From: Octopus sinensis
Taxonomy: Eukaryota
Assembly: GCF_006345805.1 (NCBI RefSeq)
Contig: NC_042999.1
Span: forward strand, 147,870,001-147,934,000
Direction of reading: 5' to 3'
Length of the DNA stretch: 64,000 nucleotides
The notes under the pieces: generated by a model
The model's database searches: none
What the model saw: the letters and a program-made list of their open reading frames with translations, nothing else
What the model was told of the DNA's origin: nothing
Translations under genes and position numbers: made by a program
In this document: positions 1-13,640 of the stretch, in pieces
How the letters are laid out: each line of letters opens with the position of its first letter
Numbering within the stretch: position 1 is the stretch's first letter

Positions 1-140
1 TTTGCTACTTTTAAAACCTTTGCCTCTGACCAGCATCTATTGTGCTCTGTCTCTTAAAAACCACAATTTGATGGTTATTAAAATTTGTAAGTTTTAATAT
101 ATTTCTTACTGCTACTACCACTATACCATATCTATGCCCA

Positions 141-213
141 TTGCTGCTACTACTACTACTACTACTACTACTACTGATGCTACTTCTGCTGCTACTACAT
201 AAGGAGATGAGAT

Positions 214-263
<50 letters not shown>

Positions 264-337
264 CCAGCATTAGTAGTAATAGTGGCAGCGGTGCAACTAC
301 TGCTACTACTACTACTACTGTTGTTGCTGTACTACTA
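141..337. repeat. (CTA)n / (GTA)n / (CTA)n trinucleotide simple repeats
   Basis: Direct reading; explains the poly-Leu/Val ORFs at 121-378 and 141-338. Confidence 0.9.
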
Positions 338-1157
338 ATACCACTCCGATCTCCATATGCAGATTGTGCCAAACCCACTCCTTATTGTCTGTTATGTGTT
401 CATAGGCTGGGAGATTCTTTTCTCTGATGTTATTAAATTCTGATTATGCAAATATGTATAGCGCTCTAAATGAGAGAAGAACTGAAGAATGAGAAATACT
501 TTAACCATAAATTTTAACCAAATGCGAAATGAATTGGCCGTCAATGAACGACAGGCGATAATAACCAGAATGACTGACCTACACACACAAGAGAAAGCGA
601 TTATATTTAGATACTTCAGATGTATATGCTCTATCTAACAGCTTTACCTAAATCCACTTGTATAGGAAATTAATCAGTTATCAGAGGTTAGGTCCCAGAA
701 TGATTAGATAAACGAAATTACCAAATTTTGTGAGTTTATGTATGGTTTATATGTGCTTTCCAAGCTGCAAGTGTATGTGAGAGTGTGTGTGTGCATATAT
801 TCACATACACATATTCACCTATACAGATTCACAGACTCAAACATACGTATTCAGATACATATAATTAAACGCTTACATACAATTAAATAAACTGAAACAG
901 ATATAAGATCTTAGAAACACAGATAAACAAATAAGCCCTGATTTTTTTATTATTTTACTTTTTTCTTTGGCATTTATTAATTGACATTGCGCTCTGCACT
1001 AAGATGATGGCTTACTGTAATGTATCAGTATACTGAGTTCTAGCGACTGGGTATCATAATCACATATGCCTAAGCGGAATCATTATACATTTACATATAC
1101 ATGAGTGTGTGTGTGTGCATGTACATAATGTAACTACATGTGAATCGTTGGCGATTT

Positions 1158-1350
1158 TGCCCTCCGTCTTCCTTTTCTCTTGGACTTTTCTCTGTCTCGT
1201 ATTTCTGAAGAAGTGCTTTGCTCGAAACGTAAAACCACCTTACTTTCCTTCCCTGAACGTCTGTTTATACTTTACATGTACCACGTCCACGCGTTGTTGT
1301 TTTTATTGTGTTTGTCCTTCATTTGGGGGGGAGTGGGATTTACCATATGT
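1158..1350 (+). mobile_element. Short hammerhead-bearing repeat (Penelope pLTR-like or retrozyme-like) ending in (TA)n
   Basis: Pyrimidine-rich leader, hammerhead motif at 1199-1236, then a tail resembling the copies at 19935, 32660 and 61316, ending at a (TA)n tract. Confidence 0.6.
1199..1236 (+). ncRNA. Minimal type I hammerhead ribozyme motif
   Basis: TATTT-CTGAAGA-A-GTGC-TTT-GCTC-GAAA-CG-TA-AAACC: canonical CUGANGA and GAAA, GUA triplet, palindromic ACGU helix III; one mismatch in helix II and a weak helix I. Confidence 0.6.
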
Positions 1351-1354
1351 ATGT

Positions 1355-1413
<59 letters not shown>

Positions 1414-1638
1414 ATATATATAGGTTATAAAAGGTAATATTGTCAAGAAGACCCGAAGGTGTCAGGTAATGTGAGTGAGTGCTATGGACAGACGATAGTT
1501 CGGCTCCAGGTTCGGTGTTTATGCGAATGAGGAGTCCAACATAGGTCATATATTAGCATGCGTATATATAAAAAAAATCAACAGAATGAGATAAAAATCC
1601 AAGGCTGTGAAATATTTCAGAACATTTATAAAGAGAAT

Positions 1639-1690
1639 ATCTTACAACTGTTTCCGGGGGGGATATTTTATATATCCATTCATCGGAGAC
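1639..1690 (-). ncRNA. Degenerate hammerhead motif (U4 changed to C)
   Basis: Minus strand GTCT-CCGATGA-A-TGGATA...TATCC...G-GAAA-CAGTTG-TA-AGAT; homolog of 2146-2193. Confidence 0.45.
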
Positions 1691-2145
1691 GGTGTGAGAA
1701 AATGGTTAAGCAATAGTTATTCTAGAGAAGATGTGAAATGGAGAGTGAAGTGAAGGAATGAAAACAGACGTGAGATATGCAGGGATATTATATCTGAATT
1801 TCCATTATTTAAGCAGAATGGTATACATATAATTTGACATATTGACTTCAAAAAACCCTGGATTCAGTAACACCCTCTACAAACTCTATGCTTGGAATGG
1901 CCAATTTTAAATAATATTGGAACCTACACACAAAGTACAGGAAACAATGGCGGTGCCCCAGCATGGCCACAGCTCATTAGCTGAAACTGGAAAAATCAAA
2001 ATCAAAATCAAATCATGCTTTTCTGCCTAAATAATGGAACTGCAGATACAATATCCGTGCATATCTCCCGTTTTTCATTCCTCTGCTTCACTCTCTATTT
2101 CATATATTCTCTAGACTAACTATTGCTTAATCATTTTCTCACACC

Positions 2146-2193
2146 GTCTCTGATGAAGGGATACATAAAATATCTCGGAAACAGCTGTAAGAC
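2146..2193 (+). ncRNA. Minimal type I hammerhead ribozyme motif
   Basis: GTCT-CTGATGA-A-GGGATA-CATAAAA-TATCTC-G-GAAA-CAGCTG-TA-AGAC: helix I GTCT/AGAC, helix II 6 bp, palindromic helix III, GUA triplet. Confidence 0.7.
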
Positions 2194-2540
2194 ATTCTCT
2201 TTATATATGTTCTGAAAACTCACAGCCTTGGATATTTATCTCATTCTGTTAATTGTGTGTGCGTGTGGAAACATACCTATATATATATATATATATATAT
2301 CAACAATTGAGGATAAAATCTTTAAAAGAAATTATCAGTAGTCAGCGTGAAAAACCTCGTAAGAGAAAAAATCCGTAAATTCTTCCTCTTTGAAAATATT
2401 CATTTATATTATATTGAGGGTGCTACTATTCGTAGATACCAACACGCTAAGAGGGACCAATGCGATCAAAACTACTAAAAATAAACAAAATTTTACCGAA
2501 TGCAAAACTTCAAACCACATCATTTTAAAAAAGAATTCAG

Positions 2541-2604
2541 TTACATACCACATGTGATTTCGCATTTAAATGCAGAATATGCATTTCTATGTTCATCAGT
2601 GCAA
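2541..2604 (-). ncRNA. Hammerhead ribozyme motif (left arm of pair B)
   Basis: Minus strand TTGCA-CTGATGA-ACAT..AAATGCA-TATTC-TGCATTT..ATGC-GAAA-TCACATGTGG-TA-TGTAA; GUA triplet. Confidence 0.7.
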
Positions 2605-2754
2605 CAAACTCAATTTGTTAACGAAATGCATTGCGAATAAGCCCGCCATTTTCATAGATATATAAAGATAAACATTCGTACATGCTACGACGAATTCTAC
2701 GGTTGGCTATCGAGCTTGTAATGTTATGTTTTTCTCTTATATTTCTTGAGTTTG

Positions 2755-2817
2755 TTGCACTGATGAACATAGAAATGCATATTCTGCATTAAATGCGAAA
2801 TCACATGTGATATGTAA
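2755..2817 (+). ncRNA. Hammerhead ribozyme motif (right arm of pair B)
   Basis: TTGCA-CTGATGA-ACAT..AATGCA-TATTC-TGCATT..ATGC-GAAA-TCACATGTGA-TA-TGTAA: 5 bp helix I, 12-nt palindrome ATCACATGTGAT as helix III, AUA triplet. Confidence 0.72.
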
Positions 2818-2943
2818 CTGAATTCTTTTTTAAAATGATGTGTTTTGAAGTTTTGCATTCGGTAAAATTTTGTTTATTTTTAGTAGTTTTGACCGCATTG
2901 GTCCCTCTTAGCGTGTTGGTATCTACGAATAGTAGTACCCTCA

Positions 2944-2986
<43 letters not shown>

Positions 2987-5900
2987 GTATATTTAGAGAA
3001 AGAGAGAGATCTTCTCCCTATGATTTGTTATTTTAGAATATACTTTATCTCTGCTCTGTTGGGAATTGCTCCACGAGAATAATAAGGCACCCCCAGATCC
3101 TCTCTACCCATGCCGGCTTCTGCTTCGACTTGAAACCATTATTGAAATATTGGTCCATTTATCCACATAAAAATTCGTTACCTTTCATTTAGAAATACTG
3201 AAGGGCAAATATAATAGTTATGTCTTGATACTTCGCTTCATTCTGAAAATATAATGCTTACTCATATCTTGTTCTCTTACAGATTTCATAGTCTTCCATA
3301 AATAGCAATTTTTTTTCTTTTTTAACTTAGAAAAATGTTCATCAATATCCACAAGAAAATTACTATTAATTTTCGCATTCTTTTTTCAAATACCCTATTG
3401 ACTCAATACAAACAGCGATCGAATACATTAACAAGAAACAGAGTGAATCCACAAATCACAAGGGAGCCTTCAAACTCAACAACGAGCAACGTTTAATAAA
3501 AACTTTGGAGCGAAACATAGATGAACATGGCAAAACAGATCAATACACGTATTTCAATAAATAAAAGACGTGTTGGGAATAATTGCAAAGTATCTGAAAG
3601 TTGTGAAGCATTTTCTAGAGAAGTAAACGTTGTTGTGTTTTTTAACATAATTTATTCCGTAAACAAAGCGGCATCGATGGAAAATACGTTCGAATGTGTT
3701 AAGTAAGCCACCCTTATCCAAATCATCTAAAATTTGAGTCAATGAATAATATTTTTTAAAAAGCGAAAAATCCAAGTCAGAATGCATTTCCTTTGTCGGT
3801 TGGTCAGAAGACAGAAAATCCATTAAAAAAAGTAATTTTCGCAGACATTGGCAAAAATACTTCTTGAGAAAGCTCCAGTTCTTTTCAATGAAAATAATAT
3901 ATTTGAGACAAATGATAAATTTTCGGTCAATAGAAATAATAACAAATAGCACTGGAATGAACCCCGTCATACTGGGATACTATATACAAAGGAAATGAAT
4001 GGGAGAATAAATAAAACAATACTATTAGTATGGACCAGAATAACTACGAAGTGATGAAGTTTCTATAAAGCGAACAATACCATCAATTTGTAAGCTCCTG
4101 AGGCATATGAAATCGTTATTGGATATATACATGGAATTTAGCAGCAACCTACAATGAATTATCACATAGATTAATTATCTCAGTTAATGGCTTACTATCA
4201 GAAAAATAGACTTTTTGAAACCAAATCTCTCAGGAAGCCAAAAGAAATAAAATAACTTGTTTAGGAGTATAATATGTATTTAATGCCTTCCTAATAGACA
4301 GGCCTCTCGTCTGGAAGATATCTTATCAGAGAAGTAAAAACGCGTTTGAAAACGGATATATGGCAACAATTAGCAATTAACATATAACGTAGCAGTTATT
4401 AAAAACAAAAACTGAAAAGAGATGAAATGTAAACTTTGTATGGGTAACTTCAATAAATGGCTTAACAGCTATCTCAATTACGTATGTTCCAAGCACTCAA
4501 TGAATAGGCTCTCCGTAGTAAGATGAAAGGCTAATATGACTGTAATACTTGGAGAGCATAATATGTGCAAATCTACAATCGTATCTGTTACTGTTATACT
4601 GTGGATCATAGTTTACAATACTTCACGCAAGTCTAAAATCTCTTTCTCTTCTAACTTCGAATGAAATTAAGTAGATATCAAAAGCATCAAAAGTAATCTT
4701 ACCTTTAAAATAGGTAAGATTACTTCAATAACCCTTCAAAATAGTTGTATATTTTGTGTCTGTATCAAGTTTAGAGAGATTAGTAAGCCGACAATATCGA
4801 TATTAATCGATTAATCGACATTATCATCTATGTTGTTTCCACAATTTAACAATTTTTTGAATAACTGGTGGTAATTCTTCCCACGTGGTAAGTTTTTCTA
4901 CAAGCTTCTCGAAAATAATTCTAAGTATGTTAGCTTTATCATGCTGTAGATATAGTGGTTTACAAAATGGAGTACTTTGCCTTTTTTTCTCTCTTTTAAC
5001 TTCACAATTACGGATGTTATTTGTATGTGTGCAAACATACATAGATACATATATACATACATATATAACACAAAGTCAATCACGTTTTTCTTTAGATGGA
5101 TCACATCTTGTTGTCATGCTGAAAGGAGAAAGCAGTGGCTATGTTGAAAATGTGAAACGATATAAGAAATTATAAAGACAGCTACAGCACATAGATAAAC
5201 AACCGGTGGGTGACTGACATAGTGAGATAGAAAGAAGCACATATTCAACAAAAGCTAGCTTGTGGGGTAATTATGCGAGCAGATAGTGAAATATAGGGGT
5301 GTGTAAAAAAGACGTGGAAGAGATCGAGCGAGTGTGATTAAAATAGTGGAATGAAGAAACAGAGAACTCTAAAATAGCGAGGTGGGTGATTTACAGTGGT
5401 AAAGTAATGTAATAAAACACCTGAGGTGTAGAGAGTTACAATAATAGAATGTGTGATAGAAGTGTGAATGGGAAAGAGAGAGAGAGAGAGATTCGTATAT
5501 AATATGGAAATGAATGACCTGAATTTGAGAACTAATGAGAAGAGATGGATATAGATTTTGATTATAAGAAAAACAATGAAAGAAATTACATGATGAGTGA
5601 AAGAGAAGGAAAATAATGTCACTCGGTGAGTATAGTGAAGAATAAAAATTTGGATAAGATGGATTGGCAATAACTGAAAGACAGAATACAATTCTAGCAG
5701 TAAATAGAGTATGACTCGAAGCAAAGTCAACTACTGTTAGAAAACAGTTAAATAACTCGATTATTTCGCTAGTATGACATATATGTTACGTGACAGTGTG
5801 CACGTATGTATATTTGTGCATCTAGAGGCTGGTATATACTTGTTTTTCAACAAAGAATACCAAAACCATAACAAGAACCCGGTACTTATATTGTTTATGT

Positions 5901-6788
5901 ATCGGTTGCTCTTGTTCTGTTTTAAAGTACAATGTATTCATATTCTATTTCTGCCATATATTTGTCTTTGTATAAGAAATCTCCAGACATTATACAATGT
6001 ACATTATCTAAGAAATAGTTTCTAAATCTTGTTTCTTCTTCAAATCTCTTACGTCTTTGCTGTAGGGCAAGTAATGCGTATCATATGGACGGGAAATATG
6101 CATACTCAAAAAAGAATGCGCAGCAGGTAATGTTGCAAAAATTCATAAGAGGTTAATAAAAGTATGAAAAATAAAGTGAAGACAGAACATCCACAGACAA
6201 GTTTCTTTGCTTTCAGCTGCACGAATCATCTGCAGTTTTTGAAAATCTTATTGCAAATGGTTACTCTAATCCACTGATTGTGGATGCCTGAAGCCTTGTT
6301 ACATTCTCAAGCGAAGTTGTCATGTTAAACAAAAATAATGATAAAAATTATTGAATCAGACAAGAGGACAGCAATTTTGAGGGACGGTACATTATTCTAT
6401 TGACCTCAGAGGAATGATATTCAAAACTGACTGCGGTGAGATTTAAAACCGGAACTTAACGAGTTGGAAGAAATAATCTAACAATTCTGCCAGTTCACTA
6501 CCTTATGGTTTTGGATTTAGACATATCCCAGCATTGTTATGGAAGGAGATCAATCTAATATCATCGACTTAGTACTGGAATGGTACATAATAATGTAGAC
6601 CCAAACTTCTAGGAATATAAAATGCGATCTGACTTCGGCAGAGTTTTACTTCAAATGGTACATACAGAAGAAAAGCTAGGAATTATTATGAGACTGTAAC
6701 GATTCTGCCGCTCTCGTAACATGGCGACAAAGAGGCACACATATATATTTATACATATATATGTATATATAATTGTGAGTATATGTAT

Positions 6789-7217
6789 TCTTTCTTTTAT
6801 TCTTTGTTTCACTCATTCGACTGCGGCCAACCTGGAGCACCGCCTTTAGCTGAACAAAACGACGACAGGACTTATTCTTTGTAAGCCTAGTACTTATTCT
6901 GTCGGTCCCTTTATGCCGAACTGCTAGATTACGGCAACGTAAACACACCAGCATCGTCTGTCAAGCGATGTTGTGGGGATATACACAGACATACAAGCAT
7001 ACACACACACATGTATATATATATATATATTATATATATATATATATTATATATATATATATATATACATACGAAAGCATCTTTCAGTTTGCGTCTACGA
7101 AATCCACTCACAAGGCTTTGGTCGGCCCGAGGCTATAGTAGAAAACACTTGCCCAATGTGCCACGCAGTGGGACTGAACCCGAGACCATGTGGTTGGTAA
7201 GCAAACTACTTCCCACT
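6789..7217 (-). mobile_element. tRNA-derived CORE-type SINE (family 1)
   Basis: Homologous to copies at 37829, 38941, 57566 and 61741; tRNA-like head, CCTTGGGCAAG core-like motif in the family, internal (TA)/(TG) tract. Confidence 0.9.
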
Positions 7218-7228
7218 AACCCACTTAA

Positions 7229-7262
<34 letters not shown>

Positions 7263-7344
7263 TATATATTATTTATTATTTAATTGAACGCGACGCATCC
7301 ATTTCCAAGTAATATTATCACCTTTTTGATGCGACTCTCTATAC

Positions 7345-10286
7345 CATAGCTTCCCAAAGTGAGTCATGGAAGAATTTGTAGAAAATGGTGGGCGATATGA
7401 GCATTTTGTGGGTAACAATGAATTTTTAGAAAGTAAGTCTACATTTACTGATATCTAGGCTTGTTCAGAATATGGATTCACGTTTATCAATTTTGATTAC
7501 TCGCTTGAGACGTCACTTTGTATTTTAAAACGGACTTGTTAATCAATCGAATATTTTTGTAGCAGTCATGGCGATGGTTGTCATGTGTGCTAAAAATAGC
7601 AGCCAAATGGGCCTAAGCCTTAAATCACACTCCACCACAATTTCTTTTTTTTTTTTTTTTCATTTTTAGCATAGTCGTATGAATTCCAGCCTATAGAATT
7701 CTAATTTGCAAACATTTTCTGAAAACTTGAAAACATAAAAAGTTATGAGGGGTTATGTGTCGTACGTAATTCTGTGGTTTCATACCAAACACAAATGCTA
7801 TTTTCAGGGTGTTGACAAAATGTGCAGTCACGCACAAATTGACAGCTTTGAAATCGTGTTTCTTGACTGGGTGAAACTTTAAACCTCTATAACTTCTTTA
7901 AAACATTTTTCTGGAAAAAGTCGAATAACTCTAGCAATTTAATATGGAAAGGTACATTAATGAGCCAAATGTTAAATTGTTGATAGGCTTTAATTTTTTA
8001 AATGCTGGCAGCCAAACGAACTAGATCCGTATTTGCCCCAGTAAAGACTATCATCTGACTGTGCTCTATTGACTTCTTCTCTTTGGGAGTAGCATACTGA
8101 CTTTCTAATGCGGTCTGTAGGAATTCGTTTTCACATTTTCACTTTACTGATGCCTCCAGTCAAGAAGATTTGTCGACAGTACAGTAAGGATTATTTAACA
8201 TTTGGATTTATTCCCTCTTCTCAGAACTATCAGTTACCAATGTGCCTTCTTTGCCACCAATGAAGCAATGAAACCTTCATACTTGAAGTAACATTTTGAT
8301 GCAAATAATTCTGACAAGAAGGACAAGCCGATATCATACATTTTGCAACTGAGCTTCTCTTTCGAAAAGCAAATGCAAACATTCAACTCGCTACTCCAAG
8401 AAACTAGTAAACAGGAGAATGACGGGTCGATTGCATCGTACAACATTGCATTGCTACTTGCTAAGTTTGGGAAGTTTCACACAATTGGAGAAACATTACT
8501 TCACCCAGTTATTGAAGAGATTTTGTCAACCATTATGCATGAAAAAAACGATAACATTACGAAGAAGAGACCACTTAGTAATAACGCAATTTCTCGACGC
8601 ATCGATGAAATGGCCAACGATGTCAAACCTCAGCTCATCTCATTCATATTCTCCAGCTTCCTGAATTTTCTATACAAGTGGATGAGTCAACTGTTGAAGA
8701 CAGTCGATGTTTGATGATGGTATATGTGCAGTATTTCAGTGAAGACCGTCAACCTTGTGAGGAAATGCTGTTCGTAGAGAAATTGCCGCTTGATTCAAAA
8801 GGTGCACCTATTTTTCTCACACTCAAGTCTTACCTTTTTGAACATGATATCCCACTCAATAATATTCCTGTGCGTCTGGTGGAGCCCCTTCGATAATAGA
8901 AAAACAGAGAGGGTTTTTTTATCTCTCCTAAAGCGTGATATTTCCCACCAGATATTAACAGTTCATTACTTGGCACACTGACAAAAAATATGAACAGAAT
9001 ATTGAGTGATGCGCTACAAGTTAGTTATCAAGACTGCGAACAAATTGAAGTCCAGTCCCATGCCTAATCAAATTTTCCGTCAAATATGTCTGAGAAATGA
9101 TGAGGACCATGCAAAACTCTTATACCATACCAAAGTGTGGTGGCTGTCAAAAGGAAACTGTGTTTTACGCTTTGTTGAACTGTTTCATATAATTATATCT
9201 TTCTTTGAAGATACTCCACTATCCGCTTTATTGATGGCTGCAAGATGCTATGTCTTTTTTCTTTGTGATATATTCACGAACTTAAATGATTTCAATAAGT
9301 TATTGCAAGGAAGCAGAAATCTCTCGTTCATTGTAAATCATTTATCACTACCTTCATTTCGAAATTGGTGTTGTATAAGACTAACATCTCAAAACGTTAA
9401 TTCCATCAATTTCCACAATTGAAAGATGAATTGCTTGATGAGGATTTTGCTACATATCGCAACTATTTACAATCATTGCACGATAACATGGTGGAGCAAT
9501 TTCAAGATGTTATTGCACTGAATATTCCAAATTGGTATAGCGATCCATTTAAGGTCGATGCAGTCGACTGCAAGGACGACGTTCAGGAGGAATTGATAGA
9601 ATTACAAAATGACAATGATGACACAATGTGATATCACCGTAATGGCAAAGAAAGTTTGTAGTACCATCAGAGTATATTGAATTCCTACCCCAATCTGTGG
9701 AAACATCTGATATTACTTTTGCTTACCCTTCCTACCACATACTTAATTGAATCTGGTTTTACCCATGTTGGAACTTTACTTTCCCAAAAAACAATTGGAC
9801 TGGATGTGACAGAACGAGAAAACTTGCGGCTAAAGTTGACAAATTTGAAACCGAATGTATCTGCACTAGTTGCATTGCACCAGACACATGGTTCTCATTA
9901 AAAAAGTTTTATTCTTTTCCTTTATAATACAATCATTAACTATTTTCCATCGGTAGTTCTGATCAATAGTTCATTTGGGGAAAATGAAAATTAGTGTAAA
10001 AAAAGCGCAAGCTTCCAGAAGTTAATCTGTCTGCATAATATAGAGTTAACGTTAGAATTTTATGCACACTAATGGCAAAACTAAACCCATGATAAAGAGA
10101 TTTGTAAAGAACCGCATATTTAGTCCAAACGGCACTAACATGGAAACGAGTCTACGATATAGTGAGTGTGTGTCAAATGCTGGAGGTTTAGTGTTGGGGT
10201 CTTTTTATACAGGTGGGCGATGGAGCATTTTTTGGCCGATAGGTGGGCGATATTGCAATTTGGTGTGAAAAGTTTGGGAAACACTG
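7345..10286 (+). mobile_element. Full-length degenerate hAT (Buster/Charlie, ZBED5/FAM200-like) DNA transposon
   Basis: Left TIR CATAGCTTCCCAAA at 7345; right end TTTGGGAAACACTG at 10286; 8-bp TSD CTCTATAC (7337-7344) / CTCTATAT (10287-10294); fragmented transposase ORFs 8343-9901 (LSNNAISRRIDEMA, DESTV, LLYHTKVWWLSKG, PTTYLIESGF). Confidence 0.92.
8180..9901 (+). pseudogene. Buster-type hAT transposase pseudogene
   Basis: BED-finger remnant near 8200-8320 and ZBED5/SCAND3-like peptide blocks split over several frames by stops and frameshifts. Confidence 0.88.
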
Positions 10287-11364
10287 CTCTATATAGTTTT
10301 CTTGTTCCATCCTTCTAAAATGGTTATACTTAGGGCGTAGAACACTAAAATGCTAAAATAGAGTCAACAATACGCTGAACGAAAATGATGTAGTTCGGCA
10401 GCAAATGTAATTTCTTTCTCTTCCAGTTAATTAAGGGAAGCAACTTCGGACATGTTTCTCTTACGCTAGATTTTATCAGCGGGCAACAACTATGGATATG
10501 TTTTCCTTACATTAGACGTTTTCAGCGGAAGAAAGTAACCACACTTTAAGCTGATGGAATTCTAATGAATAAAGTACAAGATAATGTTTTGCTATGACCA
10601 CGTTGCTGCAACGATGCTACACGACATGTATCTCCATACCTCTCAGGAATTTTACATGTAAATTATCTTATCGGGAACTTCTACCTGGTCTCTTCACGGC
10701 ATCAGTAGTAAAATGGTACATGGCGCAATTTAGTTAACCATACATGACACGATAGAATAATCATACTTAGAATTTTTACGACCATAAATTAACTCTGTCG
10801 GACTTGATCTAGGCTAAATACTAACAACAACAACACATCCAGTTCATCACTAGATAATAATACATCCGTACAGGTGTACTAAAGGGCATTTATGATATAT
10901 AATAAAAGTGCAATATTAGTATGCTTTATTTTGACCCTAACTTAGGATCACTAAGCAACATAATACTTTTTACATTTCTATGTACGTTTTATATTTCTAT
11001 ATTTGTTCAAGTCTTTGCTTTTAATATCGTTTTGTATGTTTTCACCTTCATAATTATTTACTTGCACGTTAATATATTTCTGTTGATCTGCTTAAAGGCA
11101 AACGAACCAAGTAAGTTTATTAATTTTTTTTTATATTTTACTCGGTACAGAAAGGCCGAAAGGTCATAAAGCTCGAGTGGTCAACTGATATGTGTTTCTG
11201 CGCATATTTCAGCATACGTGTTCAAACATGCATTTAGAAATATGTGTGTGTGTGTGTGGATCTGTATATATATTTATATTTATATTCATACTTATATTTA
11301 TATTTATATGCATGTCCTTACACACACCATGTTTGCACGTGTATATATGAATACATGCACCTCC

Positions 11365-11431
<67 letters not shown>

Positions 11432-11789
11432 TAAGTATATATGTACGTGTATGTGTGTATGTACCAATGTGTTTGACATTAGATCGCTGGACCAGAAAAT
11501 ATCTTACTAAATAATAAACAAAAATGATTGAAAAAATGCGAAGGAACGTTTTTAAATCTTCGAGAAATATTCTAACACAATGGCTTTTTCTTTCTCTGAT
11601 CTCATCCAAAAATCAATGATGCAAAATTTGAAACTGTATACTTTGATGTCTTTAAGTAGAAGAAGCTGATGTCTAGATAATTTGAGGAGTCGATCAAATC
11701 GAATATCAAAAGCTAGACGGTAAGTTAAAGTAGAAACTGAGTTTATCATAGTTATTTACAACCATTGATTTATTGAAGATTTTGGCGTT

Positions 11790-12472
<683 letters not shown>

Positions 12473-13355
12473 ATAGTACCTAATCAACATTTAATACGCA
12501 CGTACATACACAAATATAATTGTTGCTTGGTTTCCTTTCGTTTTCTTGGTTTGTTAGTAATAAAATTCGCAGATAGGTATTATCTTTGTTACGTATTCAT
12601 ATACGCCTCTCAACCATTTTGCATTAACTTTTCGTTAAGAATATTTCTATACAGGAACGTCCACATTCCTTGTTTCCTATATAGATTTCAAGGTATGTGA
12701 GTACGGAAGCGGATTATTGGAAACCGCTAGCAGAAGCTGTTGAATATGATGTTTATGTTGACGTATAATGTAATATATACGTATTTTTGTAGTATTTTAA
12801 CTATATACACATGAAAGTGATAACATCTATTTATATCCCTAATAAATAATTTATAAATAAATATTAATGATTAACTAATATATTTAATTTTCAATCTTCG
12901 AGTAAGAAGAATTGAAATATTTATCTTGATATTAAAAGTGTTATCTGACGGAATCTCCTTGGCAGCGAAAGTGAATTGCATCTATCGTAAGTATTTCAGA
13001 TTCTAACAAGTGTGGCGATCAGCTTAGCATCACAAGAAATGTGCAGGTGTACGAATTAATGCAGAGAAACTGAGAACCAATTAGGCACTGTGTCTTCGTA
13101 CTCCATCACAAAAGCTACTCTGGTCCTTCACAAATAAACTATGACACTCACAATTTCAGCTTAGCGATACTTCTCTAGTCGAAAGTCATTTCTTGTAAAG
13201 CATACCATTATCAAACATTTTCCAGATAGAACATTTCCACCAGATGAGGGATATGCTGGAATATATTATTTAGTGCTTTCGTCCTGCTTCTAAAAGATAA
13301 CATCTTGCGATTGAAAGAGGTTTAGGTTAACTATCGCTCATTCGTTATATTGTCT

Positions 13356-13640
13356 GTTTGTTGTTTGTTCCTTCATGAGACACGCCTGGCTCATAAGGGC
13401 CGGTTTTCCGGTTTTCTTAGCGTATAGGTTCCTCACCTGGACGAGACGCCGGTCCGTCGCAGGTGAGCACCAAGATGCAGGAGGAAAGAGTCAGCAGAAG
13501 TTCGCCATTACCTTCTCCTGGAGCCGCGTGGAGTTTAGGTGTTTCACTCATAAACACACACATCGCCCGGTCTGAGATTCGAAACCGCGATCTCTCGACC
13601 GCGAGTCTGCTGCTCTAAACACTAGGCCATGTGCCTCCAC
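13356..13640 (-). mobile_element. Young tRNA-derived SINE (family 3) with a perfect 12-bp TSD
   Basis: Minus-strand head GTGGAGGCACATGGCCTAGTG...GGTTTCGAATCTC (A/B boxes); TSD GTTATATTGTCT at 13344-13355 and 13641-13652; the head recurs at about 34860-34986. Confidence 0.9.

Larger units (their letters stand above)
1580..2250. repeat. Inverted repeat pair A (arms about 1580-1818 and 2021-2250), each arm with a hammerhead motif
   Basis: Arms are reverse complements (e.g. aacagaatgagataaa / tttatctcattctgtt; cttacaactgtttcc / ggaaacagctgtaag), diverged; about 200 bp spacer. Confidence 0.85.
2405..2953. repeat. Inverted repeat pair B (arms 2405-2613 and 2746-2953, about 208 bp, near-identical), each arm with a hammerhead motif
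   Basis: Arms are reverse complementary with only about 4 substitutions and 1 indel by eye; about 130 bp spacer. Confidence 0.95.

Noticed and set aside
3521-3970. ORFs with faint GIY-YIG-like wording (TRISINKRRV)
   Set aside because: Too little motif support without a search.
13560-13640. tRNA genes at SINE heads (also 37829, 51972, 56029)
   Set aside because: A and B boxes are present but there is no complete cloverleaf, and each continues into a SINE body.
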